A stretch of 54,871 nt of DNA, taken from positions 1 to 54,871 of the forward strand of contig JALWZB010000087.1 in NCBI GenBank assembly GCA_027002995.1. The letters run 5' to 3'. Made by a program: the position numbers and the translations under genes. Shown in pieces: positions 39,388-50,158 of the stretch. The notes under the pieces were generated by a model. That model saw only the letters and a list, made by a program, of their open reading frames with translations, was not told the origin of the DNA and searched no databases. How positions within the stretch are numbered: position 1 is the first letter of the stretch; the number at the start of each line of letters is the position of its first letter. Source of the stretch: Desulfurococcales archaeon. GTDB taxonomy: Archaea; Thermoproteota; Thermoprotei_A; Sulfolobales; NBVN01.

Positions 39388-40993
39388 GCGACTAGCCATA
39401 ATCGTGATAACAGCGATTATGGCGGCAAGCATAGTAATCGCTTTCGCCTACTACGAATACAGCTACGAGTCCCACATCATAGACTACATCTCAGACGAAT
39501 GCTGGTATGTGAGCGCAGCAAGAAATATCCTTAGGGTATACTTTGGCCTCACCCCCCACGGCCCATGGAGCGGCGTTATGGCCACGGTCGAGTTAGAGAA
39601 TCCACCATCATCGAGCACCTACGATGAGTGGGTGAATCAAGCCACACGTTACATCGAAAGCATTGGCGGAAAGGTAGTAAAAAGTAACGATTACTACGCC
39701 TTCAAAGATGACGGGAACTTCCTCCCCGCCGTGTGCGTTGTAGTGCCTCCGCAGAACACGTCGTTACTTAAGGACGTCCCTCACAGCGTTAAGTACGCGA
39801 TAGGTTACTGCTATCCTAACGCCAGGGGAATACTTGACTACATGAATTTCGAGCACCCACCCTTCGTCAAGTACCTTATCGGATTAGCTATGATTACCAT
39901 AGGTGACTACCCTTCCTACTGGCGAGTACCCTCAATTATTGCGGGCTGCTTAATACTTGTGATGATTTTCCTAGCCCTAAGGAAAATATGCGGTGAGGTA
40001 GTTGGCGCGGCTCTAGGCCTGGTGGCGATGATCCTAACGGCGTTTGACATAACCTTCAGATCCTTAAGCATGGTGGCGATGCTCGACATATTCGTGGCGT
40101 TATTCACCTACATGACCTACTATATGACTGTAAGGGGAACTCTAGGCGGGTCAGCAACGGCTTTAGGACTAGGATTCGTAAGTAAGTTCAGCGGTGCCTT
40201 CCCAGGATTACCTGCCCTAGTGGCGTGGCTCAAGAGCAAGGAGAAGCCTGCCAGGACACTGCTCTACCTCATATACGTCCCCGTAATCATATTACTCATA
40301 CTGTCCATACCCTTCATAGTTCATGATGGTTTCATGCAGTGGTGGGACTCATCCATAGCTGGCGCAATACGCTGGCACCTAAGCGTTAAAACCACGGGTG
40401 GTCCTCCTCAAGCAATGCCATGGGACTGGATCATAGGGAGGAACCCATTCCCACTCCACTACACATGGGACGCCAAAGCCAACAGGTGGGTCGCTGACCT
40501 AATTGCTAGGGGGAACCCAATACTCTACACGGCACTCGTGGTGTTGTCAGTGTACATAATACCTAAGATCAAGGAGCTACCGGATAGAGGCCTTACGTAC
40601 GGCTTCACTTGGGGCACGTTCTTCATGTACATATTAATATGGTTCCTAGGATCCAAGACGCAGTACAGCTTCTACTCGGTGCAGGTAGTGCCCCTTTTCT
40701 ACACACTGCTGGTCCTGGAGGTGTACTACCTACTCAACACGCCTAAGAACATAGTGAAGGTTGCTAAGGGCTGGAAAGAATGGATCTTGACCGCCTGGGA
40801 CTGGCTAGCAGGATACGTCGAGATAAAGATCTCAGTAACTATTAGGAGAGTGAAGCCCAGGAAGGAGGAGGAAGAAAAGGAGATGAAGGAAGAAGGAGAA
40901 GTCCAGAGCACGGAAGGGGCCGCCAACGAGGATGCCCAGGGTAATAAGGAGGGTGGATTAGGGTCTAATGAGGAAAGCGTGGCTGAAAGTTAA
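39305..40993 (+). CDS. GT-C protein O-mannosyltransferase-like (GT39/PMT)
   Basis: ISDECWYV, NFEHPPFVK, WRVPS, AMLD, many TMs; ATG 39305 or 39284. Confidence 0.82.
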   Translation: MASEARGESETQDGEREPQKPQTPSQRKRLAIIVITAIMAASIVIAFAYYEYSYESHIIDYISDECWYVSAARNILRVYFGLTPHGPWSGVMATVELENPPSSSTYDEWVNQATRYIESIGGKVVKSNDYYAFKDDGNFLPAVCVVVPPQNTSLLKDVPHSVKYAIGYCYPNARGILDYMNFEHPPFVKYLIGLAMITIGDYPSYWRVPSIIAGCLILVMIFLALRKICGEVVGAALGLVAMILTAFDITFRSLSMVAMLDIFVALFTYMTYYMTVRGTLGGSATALGLGFVSKFSGAFPGLPALVAWLKSKEKPARTLLYLIYVPVIILLILSIPFIVHDGFMQWWDSSIAGAIRWHLSVKTTGGPPQAMPWDWIIGRNPFPLHYTWDAKANRWVADLIARGNPILYTALVVLSVYIIPKIKELPDRGLTYGFTWGTFFMYILIWFLGSKTQYSFYSVQVVPLFYTLLVLEVYYLLNTPKNIVKVAKGWKEWILTAWDWLAGYVEIKISVTIRRVKPRKEEEEKEMKEEGEVQSTEGAANEDAQGNKEGGLGSNEESVAES

Positions 40994-41127
40994 TTAATGA
41001 AGTTCCACTCATTTGATGGTATCATTCGGCAGTAATTCAGAGGTATTATTTGCCTGTTTAACACTCACACGTGTGTCCTTAAACAACGCTTTTTAATGCA
41101 TGCCCAATATGGGTTCGGTGGTCATAG

Positions 41128-44040
41128 GTGACTAGGAGATACGTGTTCGCATTCGAGGAGGGCGACTGGAAGAACAAGAAACTACTCGGAGGCAAGGGAG
41201 CCTCACTAGCGCAGATGACGCAACTAGGCCTTCCAGTCCCTCCAGGATTCACCATCACTACTGAAGCATGCCGCGACTTCTACGCACCTAGGAAGGAGGA
41301 GATCGACAAGATCGTGAAGGAACTCGAGCGCAACCCGCCACCCCAGGTCAGGGACGAGTTAATCAAGAGGATCTGGGACATAATCAACTCACTAGACCTC
41401 CCAGAGGGCTTAATGGACCAGGTTAAGGAGTACATGAGGAAGCTTGAGGAGAAGACAGGCAAGAAGTTCGGCTCCCCAGACAACCCGCTCCTCGTGTCGG
41501 TGAGGTCTGGCGCCGCGGTCTCGATGCCTGGCATGATGGACACCGTGCTTAACCTAGGCCTCAACGACACAGTCACACCCGGCCTAGCTAAGCTAGCGGG
41601 GAACGAGTGGTTCGCCTACGACGCGTACCGCAGGTTCCTAGCGATGTTCGGCAGGATCGTGCTCGAGATACCCGAGGAGATCTTCGACAAGGAGTTCGAC
41701 AAGCTTGATGAGGAGTTCAGGAAGGAGGCTGAGGAGAAGTTCAAGGACGAGATCGAGGCCGTGAAGAAGCAGTTCCCGAAGTATACCTTAAGGCTTGACG
41801 CGCAGCCCCCGAAGGAGATAGCCCCTAAGACCTGGGAGCTTGCTGTCAAGTACCTCAAGAAGCTGGTGGAGATATACAAGGACGTGATTCAGAAGCACTG
41901 GGGTACCTTCCCGCAGGACCCGTGGAAGCAGTTAGAGCTAGCGATTAAGGCAGTGTTTAGGTCATGGATGAACCCCAGAGCGATCTACTACAGGATAGCC
42001 AACAACATAACCCCCGACATCGCGGACTGCACCGCCGTCAACATAGTGACGATGGTCTTCGGCAACATGGGATGGGACTCAGGAACGGGCGTGTACTTCA
42101 CTAGGGACCCTGCGACCGGCGAGAACAAGCCCTACGGTGAGTTCCTGCCCAACGCCCAGGGCGAGGACGTAGTTGCCGGAATTAGGACCCCGCTACACCT
42201 AGATGAACTTAGGGCTAGGATGCCTGAGGTTTACGATCAGTTAATCGAGGCAGGGAAGAAGCTAGAGAAGCTGAACAAGGACGTAATGGACATTGAGTTC
42301 ACCATCGAGAGGGGTAAGCTCTACTTCCTGCAGAACAGAAAGGCTAAGATGACCCCCGTTGCTAGGGTGAAGACCGCCGTAGACATGGCTAAGGAGGGCA
42401 TTATAACTAAGGAGGAGGCGATTCTCAAGGTATCCCCTGACGTCGTACTGAAGCTCCTCTACCCGAGGATCGACCCGAAGGCCAAGGTTGAGCCCATAGC
42501 TAAGGGTCTACCGGCATCGCCTGGCGCCGTGAGCGGTCAGGCAGTCTTCCACCCAGACGATGCTGTGGAGTGGGCCAGGAAGGGCAAGAAGGTCATCCTA
42601 GTCAGAGTCGAGACCAAGCCCGACGACGTACACGGATTCTACGCGGCAGTCGGTATACTGACGTCAAGAGGCGGCATGACCTCTCACGCCGCAGTGGTTG
42701 CTAGAGGTATCGGTAAGCCCGCAGTCGTCGGTGCTGAGGCCATAAAGATCGACTACGAGAAGAAGGAGTTCAGAGTAGGTGACGTGGTCGTCAAGGAGGG
42801 TGACTGGGTAACCATCGACGGCAACACCGGTAACGTGTACGTAGGGAAGGTACCGACGGTAGAGCCTGAGCTAATACCTGAACTGCAGGAGCTCCTAGCT
42901 TGGGCAGACAGTGTCAGGAAGCTGGGTGTGAGGGCTAACGCTGACGTGCCGGAGGACGCACGCATCGCAAGGAAGTTCGGTGCTGAGGGCATAGGTCTGC
43001 TTAGGATCGAAAGGATGTTCAGAAAGCCCGAGAGGCTTGAGGCACTCAGGAAAGTCATCCTCTCGGAGACAAAGGAGGAGAGGGTCGAGCACCTGAAGAA
43101 GCTAGCAGCGATGATTAAGCCAGACTTCAAGGAAATGCTCAAGATAATGGACGGGCTACCAGTAGTTATCAGGCTAATTGACCCGCCACTACACGAGTTC
43201 CTACCAGCACCTGAAGAGCTACTCAAGGAGATCTATGAGGCTAAGGTAGCTTACTACACGCTAAAGTCATCGGAGGCTGTGAAAGGTATAGCGCCCGACA
43301 TGCTCAAGGAGTACGAGAAGAAGATCGCCGAGCTAGAAGAGCTGTACAGGAGGGTAATGGTACTCAAGGAGCACAACCCAATGATGGGTCACAGAGGCGT
43401 CAGGGTAGGAGTGACGTACCCAGAGATCTACTACTACCTAACGAGGGCCATGGTTGAGGCGGCTGCTGAGCTACTGAAGGAGGGCTACCACCCGAAGCTA
43501 GAGATAATGATACCGCAGGTAAGCGAGGTCAATGAAATAAGGTACGTGAAGCAGAACGCCGTGCTACCAGCCATCCGGGATGTGGAGAAGGAATACGGCA
43601 TCAAGGTGCCGGTGAAGATCGGCACTATGGTCGAGACTGTTAGGGCGTGCCTAACTGCTGACGAGCTAGCCAAGGAGATGGACTTCTTCAGCTTCGGTAC
43701 GAACGACCTAACACAGGCAACCTTCAGCTTCAGCAGGGACGACGTCGAGAATAAGTTCCTGCCGCAGTACCTGGAGCTAGAGATACTCAAGGCAAACCCG
43801 TTCCAGACCCTAGACACTAAGGGTGTAGGCAAGCTAGTAGCCATGGCGACGAAGGCAGGCAAGCAGGTCAATCCAGAGCTAGAGGTCGGCATATGTGGCG
43901 AGCACGGCGGTGATCCAGCATCAATAGAGTTCCTGCACCGGGCTGGCCTAGACTACGTGAGTGCCTCACCGTTCAGAATAGTGGTCGCTAGGCTGGCAGC
44001 GGCTCACGCCGCAATAAAGTACGGTGGAAAGAAAGAGTAA
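41128..44040 (+). CDS. ppdK: Pyruvate phosphate dikinase
   Basis: LGGKG, SVRSGAAVSMPGMMDT, GGMTSHAAVVARG, FSFGTNDLTQ, GICGEHGGDP. Confidence 0.97.
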   Translation: MTRRYVFAFEEGDWKNKKLLGGKGASLAQMTQLGLPVPPGFTITTEACRDFYAPRKEEIDKIVKELERNPPPQVRDELIKRIWDIINSLDLPEGLMDQVKEYMRKLEEKTGKKFGSPDNPLLVSVRSGAAVSMPGMMDTVLNLGLNDTVTPGLAKLAGNEWFAYDAYRRFLAMFGRIVLEIPEEIFDKEFDKLDEEFRKEAEEKFKDEIEAVKKQFPKYTLRLDAQPPKEIAPKTWELAVKYLKKLVEIYKDVIQKHWGTFPQDPWKQLELAIKAVFRSWMNPRAIYYRIANNITPDIADCTAVNIVTMVFGNMGWDSGTGVYFTRDPATGENKPYGEFLPNAQGEDVVAGIRTPLHLDELRARMPEVYDQLIEAGKKLEKLNKDVMDIEFTIERGKLYFLQNRKAKMTPVARVKTAVDMAKEGIITKEEAILKVSPDVVLKLLYPRIDPKAKVEPIAKGLPASPGAVSGQAVFHPDDAVEWARKGKKVILVRVETKPDDVHGFYAAVGILTSRGGMTSHAAVVARGIGKPAVVGAEAIKIDYEKKEFRVGDVVVKEGDWVTIDGNTGNVYVGKVPTVEPELIPELQELLAWADSVRKLGVRANADVPEDARIARKFGAEGIGLLRIERMFRKPERLEALRKVILSETKEERVEHLKKLAAMIKPDFKEMLKIMDGLPVVIRLIDPPLHEFLPAPEELLKEIYEAKVAYYTLKSSEAVKGIAPDMLKEYEKKIAELEELYRRVMVLKEHNPMMGHRGVRVGVTYPEIYYYLTRAMVEAAAELLKEGYHPKLEIMIPQVSEVNEIRYVKQNAVLPAIRDVEKEYGIKVPVKIGTMVETVRACLTADELAKEMDFFSFGTNDLTQATFSFSRDDVENKFLPQYLELEILKANPFQTLDTKGVGKLVAMATKAGKQVNPELEVGICGEHGGDPASIEFLHRAGLDYVSASPFRIVVARLAAAHAAIKYGGKKE

Positions 44041-44089
44041 AACCCAATAAGTTTTAACCGCAGACATCACCCAATTATTTCCCCTAAAC

Positions 44090-44569
44090 TCACTCAACAG
44101 ACCTAAGGAACTCCTCCACATGCGGCGTATCTTTAATCACTCGAAAAATTAAGCTGGTCATACTCCTCTTGATGTGTGGATTCCTAATGAGTGACTTTAT
44201 GAACTTATCGAGGTCAGGCACGCTCTTGAAGCTAAGGATTAACGCTATATCGTACTCGCCCGTTATGTCGAATACCGCCCTAACGTTCGGTTTCTTAGCT
44301 AACTCACGTTCTACTTGCTCTATATATGCTCCATCGACCTGAAGTAACGTCACAGCGTTCACTTGGTAACCGAGCTTAGCGTAGTTTATCAGTGCAGTAT
44401 AACCCGAGACGTATCCGCGTTCCTCAAGCTTCTTAATCCTCTCGGTGATGGTTGAGGGCGACTTGCCTAGCTCCCGTGCGAGCTTTCTAATACCCTCCTT
44501 CCCCCTCAACGCTAATGCTTTGAGTATTCGTAGATCTAAATCGTCCAGTTCACGAGGCACTGCATCCAC
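44090..44569 (-). CDS. Lrp/AsnC transcriptional regulator
   Basis: LDDLDLRIL HTH, ITGEYD; divergent from glnA. Confidence 0.93.
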   Translation of the reverse strand: MDAVPRELDDLDLRILKALALRGKEGIRKLARELGKSPSTITERIKKLEERGYVSGYTALINYAKLGYQVNAVTLLQVDGAYIEQVERELAKKPNVRAVFDITGEYDIALILSFKSVPDLDKFIKSLIRNPHIKRSMTSLIFRVIKDTPHVEEFLRSVE

Positions 44570-44677
44570 CTCTTGTTCGGTTCATCAATGAGTTTTCTGT
44601 GTTTAATCATTTAAATGTTCGCTTTCTTCAAGAAATCCTTATTTCTTGTTCGAATAATAACGTTAATTCTGTGAACA

Positions 44678-46012
44678 GTGATGGAGGGTGTACACGAAGA
44701 CATACCGGACGGTATTGAATGGGTTGATGTGCACTACGTTGACCTGCGTGGAAGACTACATTCGGTCTCAGTAACTTATGAGAGGGCTTCCAAGGGAGAC
44801 GTCTTCTTCGACGGATCATCGGTCGACTTAGTAGACATAAGTGACAGTGACTTACACCTAGTACCAGACATGTCAACCTTAGCCAAGATACCGTGGGGCG
44901 AGGGAAGGGCAAGAGTGCATGCAGACATATGGGTCAACGGGAAACCCTTCTGGGGTAACTCAAGGGGGGTAGCCCGAAACGCATCACGCTACGTCCAAGA
45001 ACATGGCTTCAGAGAACTAATGGGTGCGGAAGTTGAGTTCTTCATTCATAAAGTTGAATTCAAGGTTGGTAAGGGGGAGTTAATAGCTAGGGTAATCAAC
45101 GACGAGGAACCCCCGACATGGTCGCTACCAACGAAGAGGGCATATGAAGTAACTGACAGTGACAGCCCCGTAGCTGGTGTGAGGTGGGAGATCATCAGAG
45201 CATTACGGAAGATGGGCATTAAGGCATCAATACATCATCACGAGGTAGCTCCAAACCAGGCTGAGATATCGACCGCGTCCCGTGATGCGGTAGGTTTAGG
45301 AGATGATATCCTCACGATAAAGTTCGTGGCTAGGCACATAGCTAGGATGTGGGGATACGTCGCGAACTTTATGCCGAAACCGATCTTCGGCGATAATGGC
45401 TCAGGCATGCATATCCACGCTAGCCTCTGGAAGGACGGTATCAACGTATTCAGCGATGACTCCGACCCGCACGGCATAAGCCAGTACTGCAGGTACTTCA
45501 TAGGGGGGCTACTAGATCATGGGTGTGCACTGGCGGCAATAGTGTCGCCGACAACCAACTCATACAAGAGGCTGGTGCCTGGGTATGAAGCCCCCATATA
45601 CCTAGCGTGGGGAGTTGCAAACAGATCCGCGGCAGTCAGAGTCCCTAGAACCCCATCACCCAAGAAGCGCAGGGTAGAGTTCAGGCCCCCCGACCCACTA
45701 GCAAACCCGTACTTAGCGTCAGCAGCGATACTTGCTGCAGGTTTGGATGGGATAAGGAAGAAGATAGACCCAGGAGACCCAATACAGCGAAACATCTACC
45801 ACATGAGTGAAAGGGAAGTCAAGGAGCTAGGCATAAAGACGCTACCGAAAAGCCTAGATGAAGCACTAGAGGAACTCGAGTCCGACTCAGAGTTCCTGCG
45901 ACCAATATTCCCGCGAGAACTCATCGAGAAGTATATTGAGTTAAAGAAACAGGAGATACGGAGAGTAAACCTCTACCCATCACCAGCCGAGTTCATGGAG
46001 TACATGTGGTGA
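44678..46012 (+). CDS. glnA: Glutamine synthetase type I
   Basis: FDGSS, EVEFF, HHEVA, FMPKP..GDNGSGMHIH, NSYKRLVPGYEAP, NRSA. Confidence 0.95.
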   Translation: MMEGVHEDIPDGIEWVDVHYVDLRGRLHSVSVTYERASKGDVFFDGSSVDLVDISDSDLHLVPDMSTLAKIPWGEGRARVHADIWVNGKPFWGNSRGVARNASRYVQEHGFRELMGAEVEFFIHKVEFKVGKGELIARVINDEEPPTWSLPTKRAYEVTDSDSPVAGVRWEIIRALRKMGIKASIHHHEVAPNQAEISTASRDAVGLGDDILTIKFVARHIARMWGYVANFMPKPIFGDNGSGMHIHASLWKDGINVFSDDSDPHGISQYCRYFIGGLLDHGCALAAIVSPTTNSYKRLVPGYEAPIYLAWGVANRSAAVRVPRTPSPKKRRVEFRPPDPLANPYLASAAILAAGLDGIRKKIDPGDPIQRNIYHMSEREVKELGIKTLPKSLDEALEELESDSEFLRPIFPRELIEKYIELKKQEIRRVNLYPSPAEFMEYMW

Positions 46013-46025
46013 AGAGGAGGAAGAG

Positions 46026-46373
46026 TTAACAGATCTTAGTACCTGGCTTCACAGGTTTCTCAACGGTTAATATCACGGGCGTTTCACCCTCACCGCAACC
46101 CGCCGCAAGCAACATCCCCTGAGATTCTAGGCCCATCATACGTTTAGGCTTAAGGTTAGCCACCACGATAATGTACTTACCCTGAAGATCCTCGGGAGCG
46201 TACCACTTAGCTAGGCCAGCCAGGATCTGCCTCTCGCCTAACTCACCTAGGTCAACTATTAAGCGTATCAACTTACGTGAACCCGGTACGCGTTCCGCAT
46301 GCTTCACATAGCCAACCCTTAAGTCCACCTTGGCAAACTCAGAATACTCGATCATGTTAGGTGCTTCAGGCAT
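46026..46373 (-). CDS. Stand-alone tRNA-binding OB-fold protein (Trbp111/MetRS C-terminal-like)
   Basis: FAKVDLRVG, RQILAG, NLKP..MMG.ESQGMLL. Confidence 0.9.
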   Translation of the reverse strand: MPEAPNMIEYSEFAKVDLRVGYVKHAERVPGSRKLIRLIVDLGELGERQILAGLAKWYAPEDLQGKYIIVVANLKPKRMMGLESQGMLLAAGCGEGETPVILTVEKPVKPGTKIC

Positions 46374-46464
46374 CCGAAATCACCAAAGCCCAGAGCAAAA
46401 CATCAAATATAAATGTGCCTCCTACTTGACCCTCTAAGTTAAGTTGGGACTAAAGATTGGTCCC

Positions 46465-46911
46465 CTAAGCTGTCAAGGCTTCCGCTTCTCTTTCTTTCAG
46501 GCTAGCTTCTTCGCCTCTAACGGGTTTAAACTTAACTACGTAAGGCACCACGCCGTCTAAGGTAGGCGCTGTTCTCCTGATAGTGGCTTGCACTTTCATA
46601 CCTACCCGTACTTCCTCTGGCTTCACATCCGTTAGTTGTGCCAGGACCTTCGCTTCCCCTAACTTTATAATCGCTATTATTAAGGGTGCGTACTGCTCGA
46701 ATCCCTTAATAGGCACGTTAAGCACCGTGTAAGTCAGTACCTCACCCTCACGCGGTAACTCTATCTCGATGAGGTTCCTGGAACCGCACTTCGGGCACGC
46801 AGCCTTAGGTGGGTAGGTGACGAGACCGCAGTCCTGGCACTTGGTGCCTGAGAGCCTTATCAGGCGGTTCCTTAAACGCCATATTCTCTGGATCGTGGTC
46901 ACGCGTATCAC
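46465..46911 (-). CDS. DUF35 Zn-ribbon/OB-fold thiolase scaffold
   Basis: CxxC...YPP...CPxC and OB-fold; directly after the thiolase. Confidence 0.9.
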   Translation of the reverse strand: MIRVTTIQRIWRLRNRLIRLSGTKCQDCGLVTYPPKAACPKCGSRNLIEIELPREGEVLTYTVLNVPIKGFEQYAPLIIAIIKLGEAKVLAQLTDVKPEEVRVGMKVQATIRRTAPTLDGVVPYVVKFKPVRGEEASLKEREAEALTA

Positions 46912-48059
46912 CTCCTCAAAACAACGGTGGTGACGTTCGAACCAACGCCACCTATGTTCTGCGCTAACCCAACTTCGCCACCCACCTTCAAGCCTGGGAA
47001 GTCACCGCGTAACTGCATGGCTATCTCAGCGACCTGGTACACACCAGTCGCACCTACTGGGTGACCCCTAGCCTTAAGACCTCCTGAAGGGTTGAGTACG
47101 GGCTTATCTCCAGGCCTGAATCTGCCTTCTGCCCAGAGCTTTGGGGCCTTACCCCTCTCGGCGAACCCTATTTCCTCGATGCTTATTGCTGCGACTATGC
47201 TGTACGCGTCATGTATCTCAGCGACGTCAACGTCGTTAATACTCACGTTGGCCATCCTGAGGGCCCTCTCCGTTGAGAGTTTAGCTGCTATGAACCTGTC
47301 CAGCTCGAACCTTGACGAGAGGTCGGGGCTGTCGAGGGCGTTACCTATACCGGCAACCTTCACTGGTGTATCATTTAGTTTCCGATACTTCTCGGAAACA
47401 AGCATGATTGCAGCTGCCCCATCGCTGAGCGGGCACGAGTCAAACAGCCTCACAGGATCAGCTATTACTGGGGAATTAATCACTGTCTCCAGCGTTATCT
47501 TCTTCCTTAGCTGAGCGTATGGGTTGTGGTAGGCATTCTCATGCATCATTACCGCCCAGTGAGCCATCTCCTCACGCGTGACATTATGTTTGTCCATGTA
47601 GTACCGCATCACCAGGGCGTTTAAGCCAGCGAAGCTTATTCCGTAGATGAGTTCGTAGTCCGCGTCCGCAGCATATGCTAAGCCACGAGCAGTGTCAGGG
47701 GTGGGGCGCTCATGAAGCTTCTCTATACCCACTACCAAAACCTTATCAAACAAACCAGAGGATACTAGGGAGTAGCCAGCCAGTAGTGCGGCTCCTCCAG
47801 AACCGCACGCTCCCTCTGCCTTAAAGCCGCTGACCCCTCTTAACCCTGTATGGTCAGCTATTAGGGCTGCGAGGTTTTCTTGCTCTACTAAGCTACTAAG
47901 CATGTTCCCGACGACGATCGCTTCAGGCTTCTCGTTGCCAGCGTCTTCCATTGCCTTTACCACGGCCTCCGCAGCCAGATCCCTTAACGCAACATCTACT
48001 CTCTTACCTACCTCAGTTAGACCCACACCAACTATGAAGACATCACGCAATGCATGCAC
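46908..48059 (-). CDS. Archaeal acetoacetyl-CoA thiolase
   Basis: EGACGSG, SDGAAA, EIHDA, NPSGGLKARGHPVGATG. Confidence 0.93.
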   Translation of the reverse strand: MHALRDVFIVGVGLTEVGKRVDVALRDLAAEAVVKAMEDAGNEKPEAIVVGNMLSSLVEQENLAALIADHTGLRGVSGFKAEGACGSGGAALLAGYSLVSSGLFDKVLVVGIEKLHERPTPDTARGLAYAADADYELIYGISFAGLNALVMRYYMDKHNVTREEMAHWAVMMHENAYHNPYAQLRKKITLETVINSPVIADPVRLFDSCPLSDGAAAIMLVSEKYRKLNDTPVKVAGIGNALDSPDLSSRFELDRFIAAKLSTERALRMANVSINDVDVAEIHDAYSIVAAISIEEIGFAERGKAPKLWAEGRFRPGDKPVLNPSGGLKARGHPVGATGVYQVAEIAMQLRGDFPGLKVGGEVGLAQNIGGVGSNVTTVVLRR

Positions 48060-48062
48060 CTC

Positions 48063-48842
48063 CTACTTAGACTTACACCTCATAACAACTACGTAGACTC
48101 CCCCGCCTGTAGCCTCACCTATAAATAGCATTTTAGTCCTCCCTATGCTACAACACTTCTCCAATCCCTTGACTAAGGAGAGAGCCGCAGCTATGTGCCC
48201 CTTGAAGCCTGCCTTTAAAACCTCCTTAACAGGGCTTAGGTCAGCCGACTTGAGTTTAAGAGAGGCTATGGTCTTCTCAAGAATTTTAGGCTTACTCATG
48301 TACCCGCTAACAACCTTAATGCTGGACATCTTGCTCCGGCCCCTAAATAATTTCTTAATTATCCTTGGGAGGTTAGATAGAGTTATCTCTGAGAGAAGGT
48401 CTGAGAGTGCCCTTTCATCAGTGAGGGAAGTCCTCATGAAGCCCATGAATTCCTTACGTACCTCATGTTTTAGGACATCAACTTTACCCTTCTTATGGAA
48501 CTCTATAGCGACTGAGGCCGCGGGCGGTTCTCTCCTAACGACGACCATTACTGAGGGAATGCTTCGGATTGCCTGCTCTATGCCGTCATCAAGGGAGTTA
48601 AGCACGGTTACCTTTAGCCCGCCCATACCCAGTAGCTCAGGAACGACGTGGAAGTCGGGAGGGTGATTGTTGGTGTCCGCCACGAAGATGAGGTGAGTGT
48701 TAGGGGTTAAGTTAACCCTGCTAAGAACCTCGTAAGCCATGGTGATTTCATCCTCATCTATCGCGGGGGATGGCACCTTCCTGCCATCGACCTCGGCAGT
48801 ATTGGAGGGTGTGTACGTCACCCAGTCTCTGATTGATGCCAT
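48063..48842 (-). CDS. Degenerate HMG-CoA synthase-like protein
   Basis: DEDEITMAYE resembles the HMGS N-terminal DEDxxTMA motif; occupies the HMGS slot before thiolase/DUF35; no catalytic-Cys motif visible; ATG 48842. Confidence 0.55.
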   Translation of the reverse strand: MASIRDWVTYTPSNTAEVDGRKVPSPAIDEDEITMAYEVLSRVNLTPNTHLIFVADTNNHPPDFHVVPELLGMGGLKVTVLNSLDDGIEQAIRSIPSVMVVVRREPPAASVAIEFHKKGKVDVLKHEVRKEFMGFMRTSLTDERALSDLLSEITLSNLPRIIKKLFRGRSKMSSIKVVSGYMSKPKILEKTIASLKLKSADLSPVKEVLKAGFKGHIAAALSLVKGLEKCCSIGRTKMLFIGEATGGGVYVVVMRCKSK

Positions 48843-49053
48843 GAATCCCAAACCTAAGTCGAATATGGGAGCCCCCTTTTTATTGTTTAGGTTTTTGTTG
48901 AAGGTCAGTATAAACAATTGTCTATAATTCCCTACCCGGGGAAGGGTCAGATAACTAACGTTCATTGTTAGTAGAGTGCGCCTTGAGAGTAATTAACGTA
49001 GCGGTCATACTTTTAACGAAATACTTTACTCAGAGTACAGGTAGGGTCGGTCA

Positions 49054-50085
49054 TTGAGTAAAGTGGAGTACTCGAAGCGACTGACAGTGATGGGCATTAT
49101 TATAGGGATAATTGCGTACGCCGTAATATTCCTCTACATATACAAGGGGCACTTCCTAAAATTTTTCTACATAATCTCCAGGGGAGACATTGAAGATGCT
49201 GTAGTCGCTTACGTAGCTAGGGTTGCTGCAATAACATGCCATGCTCTAACGTGGTGGATAATAATTAGAACTTTCAGGAAAGTCAACCCCCTGAAGATAC
49301 TCGAGATAACTTTCGCTGCAATATTCGTTGAGTTCATAGTACCTGTTGGCGGCGCAACGGAAGTTGCTAAGTTATTCCTCGTACTTAAATTAGGGTCACT
49401 AAATAGAGAAGAAGGTATAGCGTCCATACTGATGCATAGGCTCGTTGTATCCCTAACAATCTTTGTAACAACCCTCATATCCCTCATACTCATCAGTGCT
49501 CCACCAATACTCTTTATAATCCTGGGTCTCCCAGCCTTAGCTCTTCTCCTCATTAACATGGGTGTCTATGTACTACCTAAATCCAAGAGAGTTGAGCACC
49601 TTGCTGATAGGTTCTTCTCTAGGTTCGGTATCAGTGTCACGGGTTTTGCCGAGAACTATAAGTTATGCATGGCGAAGATAAAAAAGTACAAAAAGCTCCT
49701 CATATTGGCTACCCTAATGGCTTTTGGTGAGAGGTTATCTAACGCTGTGTTCGGGATGGCCGTAGCGGGGATTGCGGGCACTCATCTAAGCATGCCGCAA
49801 GCTTTTCTAACGTTTGACTCGCTCTACACGGTAATCTGGTTGTTGCCGGCCATAACGCCTGGAGGTATCGGGATATTCGAGTTCATCCAGATGCTCCTCT
49901 TAAGCTACATAGGTGTTGGGGTACAGGAGGCAGCGACAATGAGCATAGTGTCGAGGATATACTACGTTGTCGGCGAGTATCCGTTGTTCATAGCGTCAGT
50001 AGCGGCTCTGGGGTACAGTGTTAAGTCCTTCATACGTCAAGCCTTTAGTAACAGCAATCAGCGAAAACATCGCGCAAAGACCTAG
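49054..50085 (+). CDS. Flippase-like membrane protein (UPF0104/LPG synthase TM family)
   Basis: Multi-TM, P.GG..E, TPGGIGIFE. Confidence 0.85.
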   Translation: MSKVEYSKRLTVMGIIIGIIAYAVIFLYIYKGHFLKFFYIISRGDIEDAVVAYVARVAAITCHALTWWIIIRTFRKVNPLKILEITFAAIFVEFIVPVGGATEVAKLFLVLKLGSLNREEGIASILMHRLVVSLTIFVTTLISLILISAPPILFIILGLPALALLLINMGVYVLPKSKRVEHLADRFFSRFGISVTGFAENYKLCMAKIKKYKKLLILATLMAFGERLSNAVFGMAVAGIAGTHLSMPQAFLTFDSLYTVIWLLPAITPGGIGIFEFIQMLLLSYIGVGVQEAATMSIVSRIYYVVGEYPLFIASVAALGYSVKSFIRQAFSNSNQRKHRAKT

Positions 50086-50158
50086 CACGGAGCTTAGTGC
50101 GAGGCACCGCATTGTCCTTATTAGGGCGTTTGACCAAGTTCTTTAGGTGCGTTAAAGG

